The notes beneath the pieces are model-generated. The model saw only the letters and a program-made list of their open reading frames with translations. It was not told where the DNA came from and did no database searches. From positions 1-64,000 of IMG/VR virus record IMGVR_UViG_3300031993_000006: 64,000 nt of DNA; one strand, 5' to 3'. Each line of letters starts with the position of its first letter. The stretch's first letter is position 1. The position numbers and the translations under genes were made by a program. The stretch comes from a virus (taxonomy: Duplodnaviria; Caudoviricetes). Positions 38,886 to 47,867 of this stretch are shown here, piece by piece.

Positions 38886-40150
38886 ATTATAGTGACGGGA
38901 AAACTCACCGCCTTTTAGGCGGTGAGATGAAAGCTCTTTTCATAAACTATTAAAATAGAGTATATTTGAGATATGTTTCAACGGGCATACCACATCCGGC
39001 TATATCCAAGCCGGCAGCAGACGGTCTTGCTAGGCAAGACATTCGGCTGTTGCCGCAAAGTGTACAACTGCATGCTGGACGCTCGTTTGAAGTCGTATGA
39101 GTCGACCGGCACACAGTGCCGGACGAAACCTACCGACTACTATGCCGAGTTTCCGTTCCTTAAAGAAGTTGACAGCAACGCCCTCACGGGTGAGGTGCTC
39201 AACCTGAACGCGGCATTCAAGAACTTTTTCGAACGTAAGGCCGATGGAGTCGGGCTTCCGAAGTTCAAGGCTAAACATCACGACCGCGATTCTTATACCA
39301 CTTATCGGACAAAAGAAAATATCCGAATCGAGAACGGCAGGCTGCGCCTGCCGAAAATCGGCTTCGTCAAGTTCAAGGATTATAAGAATATCGACTGGAG
39401 CGAGAAAGATATCAAGCACGCGACCGTAAGCCGGTCGCGTTCGGGAAAGTTCTACGCCTCGATACTGGTTGAAGAGGAAGCGCCGAAGGCGCTTCCAAAA
39501 TCCGATTATTCCGTAGGCGTCGACCTCGGAATCAAGGATTTCTGCGTGACGAGCGACGGTGAAGCCGTCGCCAACCCACGCTATATGAAACAGGCTGAGG
39601 ACCGCCTAGCGGTCCTCCAGAAAGCGTTTTCAAAGAAAAATGGCAAGTCTGCTCGTCGCGAGTCGCTGCGCAAGCGCATCGCCCGCCTCCACGAGCACAT
39701 TGCTAGCCAACGCAAGGATTTTCTCCACAAGCTGTCCACCAGACTCATTCGCGAGAACCAAACGATTGCGGTCGAGAACCTGGATGTAAGGCAGGTCGCC
39801 GAAGGCGACCTTGCCAAGTCCGAGCACGATGCCGGATGGGGAATGTTCCTGAACATGCTTAAGTACAAGGCTGATTGGTATGGGAGGACCATCGTCCGTG
39901 TCGGACGATGGTTCCCTTCCTCCCAAATCTGCCACTGCTGCGGCTTCAGGAATGAAGTTGTTAAAGACTTGAATGTCCGGGAGTGGAAGTGTCCACAATG
40001 CGGCACTTCCCACGACAGGGACTTCAACGCCGCCATCAACATCCTTACCGAAGGTAAAAGAATTCTCGCCGCCGGAACGGCGGTTCAAGGCGCGGGCGCC
40101 CCTACGGGGCTAACGCGAAGCGCGCAGCTTTCAAGCTGCGCGTAGTTCAC
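38886..40150 (+). mobile_element. IS200/IS605-family TnpB-only element, copy 2 (complete)
   Basis: Target TTTAT at 38881-38885; left hairpin 38904-38926 with guide AAAA. Right hairpin CGCGCAGCT-TTCA-AGCTGCGCG (40121-40142) with guide GAAG and end TCAC (40147-40150), matching IS608-type guide/cleavage rules. Confidence 0.92.
38973..40145 (+). CDS. tnpB: TnpB RNA-guided endonuclease
   Basis: HTH_OrfB start, RuvC D (GVDLG), E (AVENL) and D ([10 protein letters not shown]), and zinc ribbon CHCC...CPQC. Confidence 0.97.
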   Translation: MFQRAYHIRLYPSRQQTVLLGKTFGCCRKVYNCMLDARLKSYESTGTQCRTKPTDYYAEFPFLKEVDSNALTGEVLNLNAAFKNFFERKADGVGLPKFKAKHHDRDSYTTYRTKENIRIENGRLRLPKIGFVKFKDYKNIDWSEKDIKHATVSRSRSGKFYASILVEEEAPKALPKSDYSVGVDLGIKDFCVTSDGEAVANPRYMKQAEDRLAVLQKAFSKKNGKSARRESLRKRIARLHEHIASQRKDFLHKLSTRLIRENQTIAVENLDVRQVAEGDLAKSEHDAGWGMFLNMLKYKADWYGRTIVRVGRWFPSSQICHCCGFRNEVVKDLNVREWKCPQCGTSHDRDFNAAINILTEGKRILAAGTAVQGAGAPTGLTRSAQLSSCA

Positions 40151-40170
40151 ATATCTCCGATATTTTTTGA
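40030..40170 (+). ncRNA. Predicted omegaRNA/reRNA; scaffold overlaps tnpB 3' end, guide about 40151-40170
   Basis: Established TnpB architecture and GC-rich stems at 40091-40142. The 5' boundary is approximate. Confidence 0.6.
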
Positions 40171-40221
40171 ACACCAACCGCGACCAGTATAAACTCCTGA
40201 AGTAAGAACACGGATAAAACT

Positions 40222-40869
40222 ATGGAACTCAACATACCCAAAGCCACGACAGCAAGCCACGAAGTCCCTATCTTCAACGATTTGGCAAAGGAAGCTAACC
40301 TCCCGGTCAGCGAAATAAAGGCACGATTCCGGAAAAAGATGCTCGAGCTTCACGAAAAAGCAATGGACGACCCTTCCATACTGAGTCTCGGCGGCGGACA
40401 TGACGAGCTCGTTGAAAAAGCGATTACCGAACTCCGTACGGAACTCCAGCACCCCGAAGAAACAAACAGCGATAACGACGAATACAGCCAACTGATGGGA
40501 TTCGACCCAAATGAACCTTCTCCCGTCGGAGACATCTTCGACGCGCCGAGTGGCGACGGCGGATTTGGCGGTGGAATCGGCGGTGGTGGCGGAGGCAGCT
40601 TTGGTGGCGGCGGTGGCGGACTTGGAAGCACCGGCGGCACCGGCGGCGGAATTGATAACCTTGACCTTGGATTCTCCGATGAAGGAATGGCTGCGGTCAA
40701 CAGCGTCGAAAACAACGAGAACAATGAATCGCTGGATGCCGGTAGCGTAAATGCGATATCCGAAACTGAACCGGGCGGCGCCGAACTGTCCGAAAATAAC
40801 GAAACGGAGTCCGACAAATCGCCGAACCCCGTTGAAAATTCAAGCGGTGATGACCTAGCTGAACTTTAA
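40222..40869 (+). CDS. Acidic Gly-rich late protein
   Basis: TATAAACT at 40188-40195; poly-Gly tract. Confidence 0.75.
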   Translation: MELNIPKATTASHEVPIFNDLAKEANLPVSEIKARFRKKMLELHEKAMDDPSILSLGGGHDELVEKAITELRTELQHPEETNSDNDEYSQLMGFDPNEPSPVGDIFDAPSGDGGFGGGIGGGGGGSFGGGGGGLGSTGGTGGGIDNLDLGFSDEGMAAVNSVENNENNESLDAGSVNAISETEPGGAELSENNETESDKSPNPVENSSGDDLAEL

Positions 40870-42077
40870 CCCCCGAAGTACATACACTTGCGGGAGAACT
40901 TCGGGCACGAGAATGTCATGAAGATTCTCCCATCTTCAGAATAGAGCATCTCGAGGACGGCGGTCGCGGCATAACGAACCATCATCGTACTCACATCCAT
41001 AGGGAGCGTAAGGCTCTTGTCCGTTTCATTCACCAAGACGCCGCTCATCGTAATGACACCAGAGTAACGGTTCACCTTGGTCTTCTTCTTAGTCTTGCTC
41101 TTTGCCCTCTGGACGACTACTTCCTTCACATCGTCGTAGGAATAACGGATTTCTACCGTCTTCTCGTCAATCGGCTTGATTTTGACCGGAGCTGTCGGGT
41201 CAAGGTAGTTCAACCCGTAGACCATATCGATAGTAGCCATCATGCCGAGGGTATCGAACTTCATATACGGCTTCATCCCTTCAGTTGTACCCGTGCGCAG
41301 CTTGCCTTCCGCAAAGGAATACACGATGCTGTACAGACGGCCAGCCACGCGGAGCTTCTTGCGTTCCCAGTCGAAATCGATGGTGCAATAAGGCATCATG
41401 TTGGAATCAGCCGGAGTTACATAAGAGAAACACTTGAATACATTGGACGGAACGGCAACCGCGAAATCCCTTAGTTGTTCGCGGTCTTGAGCACCGAGCT
41501 GGCCAATCTTTGCCGGGAGAGTCGCAATGCAAACCCGCTCATCACCGGTGCGGATAGAAAATGTACCTTCAGTACGAACAAGTTCAACATTCTTGAAGTT
41601 ATAACAAGTTTCGAGGACGGAACCGACAATCATCTGTTCCACCTGGATAGTCTCATCCGGAGTAAAATCGAGATTGATTTCAAACGGGTCGAGGAGAGGA
41701 AGGCTAGCTTCGGACTCGAAGCATTGCAAAGATTCGTTAAAAGAAGAACCGACATAGATGCGCCCACCAGAAACCCACATAGCAACCAAGCCGTCCTTGA
41801 CGCCCTTGTCACACATCACGAAGAAGTCCTGAAGGCGAACATAGGCATCACTGTCAAGACACTGGGACTTGAGAGTACTGTCAATAAGGACGCTGAAACC
41901 GGTATCGGTCGTAATCCGCATATAGACGAGCCCGTCCTCCGCTTCATTGGAGAAAGTCTCGATATGAATCTTGCTGTCCGGAGACTCACAGGACTCGCCA
42001 ATAAATGAAACCGCTTCACGGAACCCTGTGACCGTGTTGAACATGATAAGATTTGGTGTTTTTGCTTCTTCGCTCAT
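40866..42077 (-). CDS. DnaN (beta-clamp)-like protein, divergent
   Basis: Colinear resemblance to DnaN: AYVRLQDFFVMC...VAMWVSGGRIYVGS, SLPLLD, IRTGDERVCI, VAVP, SFAEGKL. Confidence 0.6.
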   Translation of the reverse strand: MSEEAKTPNLIMFNTVTGFREAVSFIGESCESPDSKIHIETFSNEAEDGLVYMRITTDTGFSVLIDSTLKSQCLDSDAYVRLQDFFVMCDKGVKDGLVAMWVSGGRIYVGSSFNESLQCFESEASLPLLDPFEINLDFTPDETIQVEQMIVGSVLETCYNFKNVELVRTEGTFSIRTGDERVCIATLPAKIGQLGAQDREQLRDFAVAVPSNVFKCFSYVTPADSNMMPYCTIDFDWERKKLRVAGRLYSIVYSFAEGKLRTGTTEGMKPYMKFDTLGMMATIDMVYGLNYLDPTAPVKIKPIDEKTVEIRYSYDDVKEVVVQRAKSKTKKKTKVNRYSGVITMSGVLVNETDKSLTLPMDVSTMMVRYAATAVLEMLYSEDGRIFMTFSCPKFSRKCMYFGG

Positions 42078-42163
42078 AGAAAAATCCTTTTGTACGATTA
42101 GGAAACTAATGCAAAAAGCGGCAGCCGAAGCCACCGCCTTCTGTATCTCATCGTAAATTTCGA

Positions 42164-43651
42164 TTAAAATATGTTGCCAAGACCGCCGAGCGCGAAGTCT
42201 GTCTTGTCCTGTTCCCCGGAGCCCCCGTGGGTTTCCCCGGTCTCGTTCATATCGACACCCGGGTTGGTCACATTTTCAGCAGCCTGCCCGAACTGGCTCT
42301 GGGCATTATCCATCATATCGCCCATCTCGCCCGGATTGTTGAGGTTAACGCTTTCGTCAGGAGAAAGTCCGCCGCCGACACCAGTCTGGTCATCAGCCGG
42401 GAATATCGTAGAAGCAGCTTCCTTGGCAGTATCGTGCATAGCAGTTCCGTCAGCGTTGTACACTTCCGGGAACCACTTCCCGAGATTCGTCTTGAACTTG
42501 ACGACATCGACATTGCCCTCTTCAAGAGCCTTGCCCATTTCCTGCAGACCCTTAACCGGCAACGGCTGTTCACCGAGAGCCTTGAATTCATCAAATGCCA
42601 AGAACTGCTCGACAAGTTCGCTAGCAATCATCTTGTCGACACCCGGGAACCCTTCGCGCCATTCCTTGGCACTGAGCTTAGCACCGGCTGAACCATTTTC
42701 GGTCAAATCAGACAAGCCGTCGGCAACTATCTGAGACAAACCGTCGAGCGCAGCCTGAGAGAACGCCGTCTGAGCATATTCAGCAAATTCTTTCATATCT
42801 TCGCCCTTACCGTTACCATCAGATACCCCATTAACCTGGCCAGCATTCTGAGGAGCGTCGGTACCGTCGCCTGACGGAGGCGGCGTCGGCGCATTACCAT
42901 CAGCGGGTCCGGTAGAACCATCAGCTGGAGCAGCAAAATCAGCCGCACCGAAATCATCAGCTTCATTCAGTGCACACATCTCGCAAAGGTTACGGAGCTG
43001 ATGGAGACGCCAGTCGACTGACTCGTAAGCAGTAATGTTATTCGGGTCATTCGTAGCAATATTCAACGTATCGTTAAAGTTGTTGCCCGGAGCCTTGATG
43101 ACTTCCCCGCCATAGATATTGTTGTTTCGAAGTTCATCAGCATTGCGCGCAATCAATTCCCTTGCCTGCTGGAAAATGAACTGAGAGAAGTTAATTCGGA
43201 ACTGGTCCGATTCCGGGGACACATCGATAAATGTATTGGCATCGTTGCTCAAGGCAAGCTCAACCGTGATTTCGCCCTTCGGAGTCGGATACTTCATATT
43301 CATATCGACATGCTGGCCATCGCAATCAAACTCTCCGTGCATCGAAGTCTCGTTGAAATCGATACCGTCGAGGTTAATGCGGATGCCGGTATTCTGCCGA
43401 GCCGTGGAAGTCGCCTCTGTAAGGAACTTTATCCCGATATCCTTCATCGAGAGATAGTTCTTGTGTCCAAGAAGACTCTTGTTTTCGTATGTACGGTGGT
43501 CAAAGTCTTCCTTGGTCTGGTCGCCTACGGGGCCCAAAGTCCCCTTCATCATAGAAATAGACGCGGTACGAGCCGGAGTAACCGGCCCGCTCTTGGTCGT
43601 AGTATATTCGAAGGTATTCCTAAAATCCTTCAACGAAACGCCTTTACTCAC
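42164..43651 (-). CDS. Acidic late protein, probable virion/core protein
   Basis: TATAAACT at 43680-43687 (minus); LTE, LCE and LNE motifs. Confidence 0.7.
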   Translation of the reverse strand: MSKGVSLKDFRNTFEYTTTKSGPVTPARTASISMMKGTLGPVGDQTKEDFDHRTYENKSLLGHKNYLSMKDIGIKFLTEATSTARQNTGIRINLDGIDFNETSMHGEFDCDGQHVDMNMKYPTPKGEITVELALSNDANTFIDVSPESDQFRINFSQFIFQQARELIARNADELRNNNIYGGEVIKAPGNNFNDTLNIATNDPNNITAYESVDWRLHQLRNLCEMCALNEADDFGAADFAAPADGSTGPADGNAPTPPPSGDGTDAPQNAGQVNGVSDGNGKGEDMKEFAEYAQTAFSQAALDGLSQIVADGLSDLTENGSAGAKLSAKEWREGFPGVDKMIASELVEQFLAFDEFKALGEQPLPVKGLQEMGKALEEGNVDVVKFKTNLGKWFPEVYNADGTAMHDTAKEAASTIFPADDQTGVGGGLSPDESVNLNNPGEMGDMMDNAQSQFGQAAENVTNPGVDMNETGETHGGSGEQDKTDFALGGLGNIF

Positions 43652-43699
43652 GGGAACCTCGTAGAAACTGTTTTCCGCAAGTTTATATGGCGAGCTTTC

Positions 43700-44584
43700 C
43701 TATTCTACCAGGAATTCGTGGTTAATTTCGCCACCGTCACTTTCCATGCCGGCCACATAGAGGGAAATCGGGTCAGCCGGATTGGCACCCGGTATCGAAG
43801 CGAATCCCTTCAATGCAATCTTGTCGCGCTTCTCGTTCTTTCCGTGGCGGATGTCAATCTCGTAGTCGGTGTCGATACCCTTCAGGATATTAAAGTAAAT
43901 GGCCGGAATCTTGCGGAACTTGTCATGCGAGCTAGCGTAGGCCTGGTCGATGAAATCGGCAGACCCCATACGGGTTAGGTTCCTCGGCACGGTATTGGTA
44001 ATCTGCTGGCCAGTACGGCCTTTCATATAGATGTTAATCTTGGTATGGGTAAGCACGACGGACACGAACTGGCAACCCGGAACCATCCTGAGTTCATCGC
44101 AGGTAGTCTTGAGCTCATCCTTGTTCATAACGAATGTAGCAAGGAGGTGCATCGGGTCAACATTCCTGTCCAACGGGCAGTGCCTAGCCCTCTGGTCAAA
44201 GCGGGTAGGGTCGGCGCATATCGTACGGGCCGTCTTAGTCGCGGTCGCATCGGTGCCGTTCATGAACTTAACCATCGGGTACACATGACCGTTGGTAAGC
44301 ATTTCGTCAAGCACGGTAATGTTGGCTTCCGGATTGTTCGGATACCCGACCAACTCGCAGAAGCGGATAAATTCCATTAATGATGCAATACACACTTCCC
44401 TCCCACCGAAATTGAAATCGTCCGCCCCGGCAGATATGTGGAGGAAGGTAGCCGTCGTAGGTACCGTGATGCGGCAACGACCGTTAGCCTTGAAGAAAAC
44501 AGTTGACTTTGACTTACTCACCATCGTAAGTTTCTTCAACAAAGAGAAGAACTGTGGCGACATCTTGATAATCTGTGGTTCCAT
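43700..44584 (-). CDS. Sliding clamp (gp45-like)
   Basis: IKMSPQFFSLLKKL...F..REVCIASLMEFI...ICADP pattern of gp45; located in the replication operon. Confidence 0.7.
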   Translation of the reverse strand: MEPQIIKMSPQFFSLLKKLTMVSKSKSTVFFKANGRCRITVPTTATFLHISAGADDFNFGGREVCIASLMEFIRFCELVGYPNNPEANITVLDEMLTNGHVYPMVKFMNGTDATATKTARTICADPTRFDQRARHCPLDRNVDPMHLLATFVMNKDELKTTCDELRMVPGCQFVSVVLTHTKINIYMKGRTGQQITNTVPRNLTRMGSADFIDQAYASSHDKFRKIPAIYFNILKGIDTDYEIDIRHGKNEKRDKIALKGFASIPGANPADPISLYVAGMESDGGEINHEFLVE

Positions 44585-44587
44585 AGG

Positions 44588-46606
44588 TTAGACATCCTTT
44601 AATGAGCCAAGCGGCTTCTTGATAAAGTTAGCAATTCTTTCGACACCGAGGTTCATTTCCGGTGTCCTCGGGCGCACGACATACTCCAAACTCCCCCAAC
44701 TTTCGACCGATATCTGCATCATCGGTATACTGAACTTCAAGCAGAGCGCAGATACCGACGGACCGAGAAGCCCCCTCTGGTCGCCGAGCTGCTGGAAAAA
44801 GCTGATATACCCAAGTTCCCTAAGGTATTCCCCGCGAAGCGCGACAAACGGGCCGTCCATCACCTGCACCAGGTGCATACCGTCAATAGCCCTCGTACCG
44901 AAAACCCTGCGGTGCTCCCCGGTTATCTCGCTGTACAACCCGTAGAACCCGTAGGTATTCGGGCATCCTATCCAGCTGCCGTCAGCAAGACGGTACTCGT
45001 AGCCAAACGGGGCTACCGCGCCTACTTCGGCGGGAACTTCGTCGAGGCACTTGTGGAACATCGGGTCGGAAATGAACGAAGTCGACGACGCGAGAATTAC
45101 CCACTTCGGGGTAAACCGCACACTGAGGGACTTAAACTTGGCAATCGCGTTGTTAATGGCACGGGCGAACGAAGGCGGAATCTTGCGGCGGCCATAGACC
45201 TTCCCGCAGGTCATCCGGAATACACACTCGTCCTTCACATGCGGATATTCATCGTAGCGCCCATGCAGCCCGTCCGAGCTGAACAGGAAGGTGACAATCT
45301 GGCGCTCGTCGGAAAGGCGGAGAATATCGTTTCGGGTAGCCACGGTACGGCGGACCTCCGGACCGGAACTGAGAATGTTCCTGATTGCGTTGAGCTGTTC
45401 GTACTCACGGTTAACCTTGTCCAGCACCGCACGAGACTTCTTCTGCTTTTCGGCCTCCCGTTCCTGTATGGATGCGGCGATTGCGGCTTCCATCTGCTCG
45501 ACCGGATTAGCAAATATGACCGGCGGGGTAGCCAGCGCAGCCTTGCTGCACCCGGTACGGACATAGAGCTTCATCGGCTGCTTCTTGCGAATCTTGCACT
45601 CGACACCCTTGGCGACAACCTTCTCCACATCGGCCTTCACCCATCCCCTGATGACCATCCCGGGTTTCGCGGTAGGCGGCGCTATCGAGCCATCATTCAG
45701 GACGTACCGACACTTGCCACTGATGAACTCATCAATCCACCGTTCGGACTTCAAGAACTTATACTGTATTGCACGACGGGTATAGTAGGTATATCCCTCG
45801 CAATAGTACACCCTGTCATTGTGGGTGTCAATAAGGTCGTCAAGGAAGGCCCGGCTATATAGATAAGTGTGCGCATCCTTGGTTTCCGGTGTCGGCTTTA
45901 CCTCGTGGTACTCGCGCATCTTACGGAAGTAGCTGTTAGTCCATCCCATATAGATTGCGGCGATTTCCGCGGGAATCGATTCCGGAAGCGGAGTCTTCCT
46001 GAACCATCGACGCCCGCTACGGTCAGGATTCAAATAGGCAAGCATGGCAGCCTTGCTATACTTGTACGGCTGACGGCGCTCCCTCGGCTCGTGGTGTATC
46101 TTCCCTTCCTTGGTGAGAATCTTCAAGCGCTTTATCGAGATTCCCATAAGCATCGCGGCAACCGAGCGTCGGACTGGCGCAGTCATCTGCATTATGAGGT
46201 AGTACGGGTACCACTCGCGGTAGAACCGTTCGATATCCCGGCGGTAGACCACGGTCTTCCCGGTCTTCTCCGACTTGTGCGTACGGAGCTTCCCGCTCTT
46301 GACAAACCTAATGTACTGCCCGGGCTTAAACTTCAGTTCAAGCATCGCTTCAGCCTGAGTGAACTCGTGTCGGGGATGCAGGTTGTCCGGCGGCGTGATG
46401 CGATATTTTGCGACAGCATCCATAGCCGCAGTAAAGCGGAACATCTTCATCCCATTCTCGTTGTAACGGAAAGGAACATCGTCGAACATCCGGCTGCTCT
46501 TCAACTTGGATGTCGGGATGTTGAGGTACTTCGACAGGTACTGGAACCCGACGAACTCCGGAGTCACATTCCGGTTCTTGTAAGCCTGATGCAGAATAGC
46601 CGGCAT
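44588..46606 (-). CDS. Multi-HTH (MerR/excisionase-like) protein fused to a GT-A-like domain
   Basis: About five wHTH units (e.g. FTQAEAMLELK...VKSGKL, VAAMLMGIS...KEGKI). C-terminal SFARAINNAI...VGAVAPFG...VQVMDGPFVA. Confidence 0.65.
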   Translation of the reverse strand: MPAILHQAYKNRNVTPEFVGFQYLSKYLNIPTSKLKSSRMFDDVPFRYNENGMKMFRFTAAMDAVAKYRITPPDNLHPRHEFTQAEAMLELKFKPGQYIRFVKSGKLRTHKSEKTGKTVVYRRDIERFYREWYPYYLIMQMTAPVRRSVAAMLMGISIKRLKILTKEGKIHHEPRERRQPYKYSKAAMLAYLNPDRSGRRWFRKTPLPESIPAEIAAIYMGWTNSYFRKMREYHEVKPTPETKDAHTYLYSRAFLDDLIDTHNDRVYYCEGYTYYTRRAIQYKFLKSERWIDEFISGKCRYVLNDGSIAPPTAKPGMVIRGWVKADVEKVVAKGVECKIRKKQPMKLYVRTGCSKAALATPPVIFANPVEQMEAAIAASIQEREAEKQKKSRAVLDKVNREYEQLNAIRNILSSGPEVRRTVATRNDILRLSDERQIVTFLFSSDGLHGRYDEYPHVKDECVFRMTCGKVYGRRKIPPSFARAINNAIAKFKSLSVRFTPKWVILASSTSFISDPMFHKCLDEVPAEVGAVAPFGYEYRLADGSWIGCPNTYGFYGLYSEITGEHRRVFGTRAIDGMHLVQVMDGPFVALRGEYLRELGYISFFQQLGDQRGLLGPSVSALCLKFSIPMMQISVESWGSLEYVVRPRTPEMNLGVERIANFIKKPLGSLKDV

Positions 46607-47796
46607 TAGAACACTACCTCCGCCCGATTGCTTTCCTTCTTCTGACGGAACGCGCGGATTCCCTCGTAGCGCTTCTTTGAAGCTTCCTTGCGCATATTCC
46701 CGTATTTCAGAGCGAACAGGATAGAAGCCCCGTCCGGCGCCCTAGTCCTCGACTCAAGGACTTCCCGGCACACATACCCGTCACGGTCAAGCGGCATTTC
46801 TCCCATCATCACGGCCTTGTTGATATCCTTGCTCTGCAAACCTTCCCAGGTGAACCAGCGGAACCCCATGCGGCAAGTCGCTTCACGGGCTTCACGCCCC
46901 TTATCATCGTTATCCCAAAGAACCACGATGTTGTTCTTGTGTTCGGCAAGCCGCGGATTCTCGTTGATAATCTCGAGGAAGTGCGGAATGCCACCGATAG
47001 CGATTGAATTGCGTATAAAGGTAGAATCTATCGTACCCTCAAGGATATAGATAGTTTCGTCGTAGTTGATAAAGTCAATATTATACGCAGTGCGCTTGAC
47101 TCCGGCGAAGTTCAGGTAGCGCAACGGATTCTTCTCGTCGATTGCGCGGGCGTCGAACTGCCCCCACTTACCCCCGAACTGGTAAAACGGGATTATAATG
47201 CGGTTGCGGTACTCGTTCCCTCTCGGGTAGCCCTTCTCGTTCAGTACGAGATTCCCCATAGCGTCACGGTCGTAGAACTGCTCGCCCGCCTGGCATACGA
47301 ACCAGTCGTGATACACCTCCTCGCGGATTCTACGGTATTGGCAAAGCTGCAGACCGGCAATCGCCAAAGGATGATGCGCTGTTATCGGAATTATTTCCCC
47401 GGGCTTGAACGGGAGTACGGGCTGCGGAGGAGGTGGAGGGGGTGGAGGAAGCTTTGCTTCCCCATTATGCGTACCAACCTTGAAGCTCTTCTTTTCCGGG
47501 CCGAACGCATTGAACAGCAGCTGCCTATAGGCATCCTCGTCCCGCTCCTTCAGCCACATCGCATACGGCTTGATTGGCGTACACTTGTAACACACATACA
47601 TCCATGTATCGGTGTATATGTACGCCTTCTTCTCGTTAGGCCGTGTAGGGTCGCCACATTCAGGGTTCGGACAAACAAAGTTGAAGAATCTCGGATTAGA
47701 GTCATCAAGTGTATTTGCCGCCACCTGGTCTGCCAACTGCTCGTGAATAGAGTCGATGTACACGGCGGCCGGTATGTCGGAAAAATCATGCTGCAT
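46606..47796 (-). CDS. DNA primase (gp61-like)
   Basis: CPNPECGD...CYKC zinc domain, RIIIPF, EGTIDS, WDND, KDIN. Confidence 0.92.
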   Translation of the reverse strand: MQHDFSDIPAAVYIDSIHEQLADQVAANTLDDSNPRFFNFVCPNPECGDPTRPNEKKAYIYTDTWMYVCYKCTPIKPYAMWLKERDEDAYRQLLFNAFGPEKKSFKVGTHNGEAKLPPPPPPPPQPVLPFKPGEIIPITAHHPLAIAGLQLCQYRRIREEVYHDWFVCQAGEQFYDRDAMGNLVLNEKGYPRGNEYRNRIIIPFYQFGGKWGQFDARAIDEKNPLRYLNFAGVKRTAYNIDFINYDETIYILEGTIDSTFIRNSIAIGGIPHFLEIINENPRLAEHKNNIVVLWDNDDKGREAREATCRMGFRWFTWEGLQSKDINKAVMMGEMPLDRDGYVCREVLESRTRAPDGASILFALKYGNMRKEASKKRYEGIRAFRQKKESNRAEVVF

Positions 47797-47867
47797 GTAT
47801 TACAAATATAGCAAAGAAAAAGGAGCCGACTGACGCCGACCCCTTTCTATTGTTGCGTTGTACCTAT

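Noticed and set aside
38973-40145. TnpB as a nuclease-dead TldR-type regulator of late promoters
   Set aside because: The RuvC D-E-D triad and both IS ends are intact, and by eye the guide matches no other promoter flank in the window beyond about 2 nt.
40555-40650. GGC-rich tract as a DNA repeat element
   Set aside because: It is explained by a poly-Gly linker in the 40222-40869 protein.
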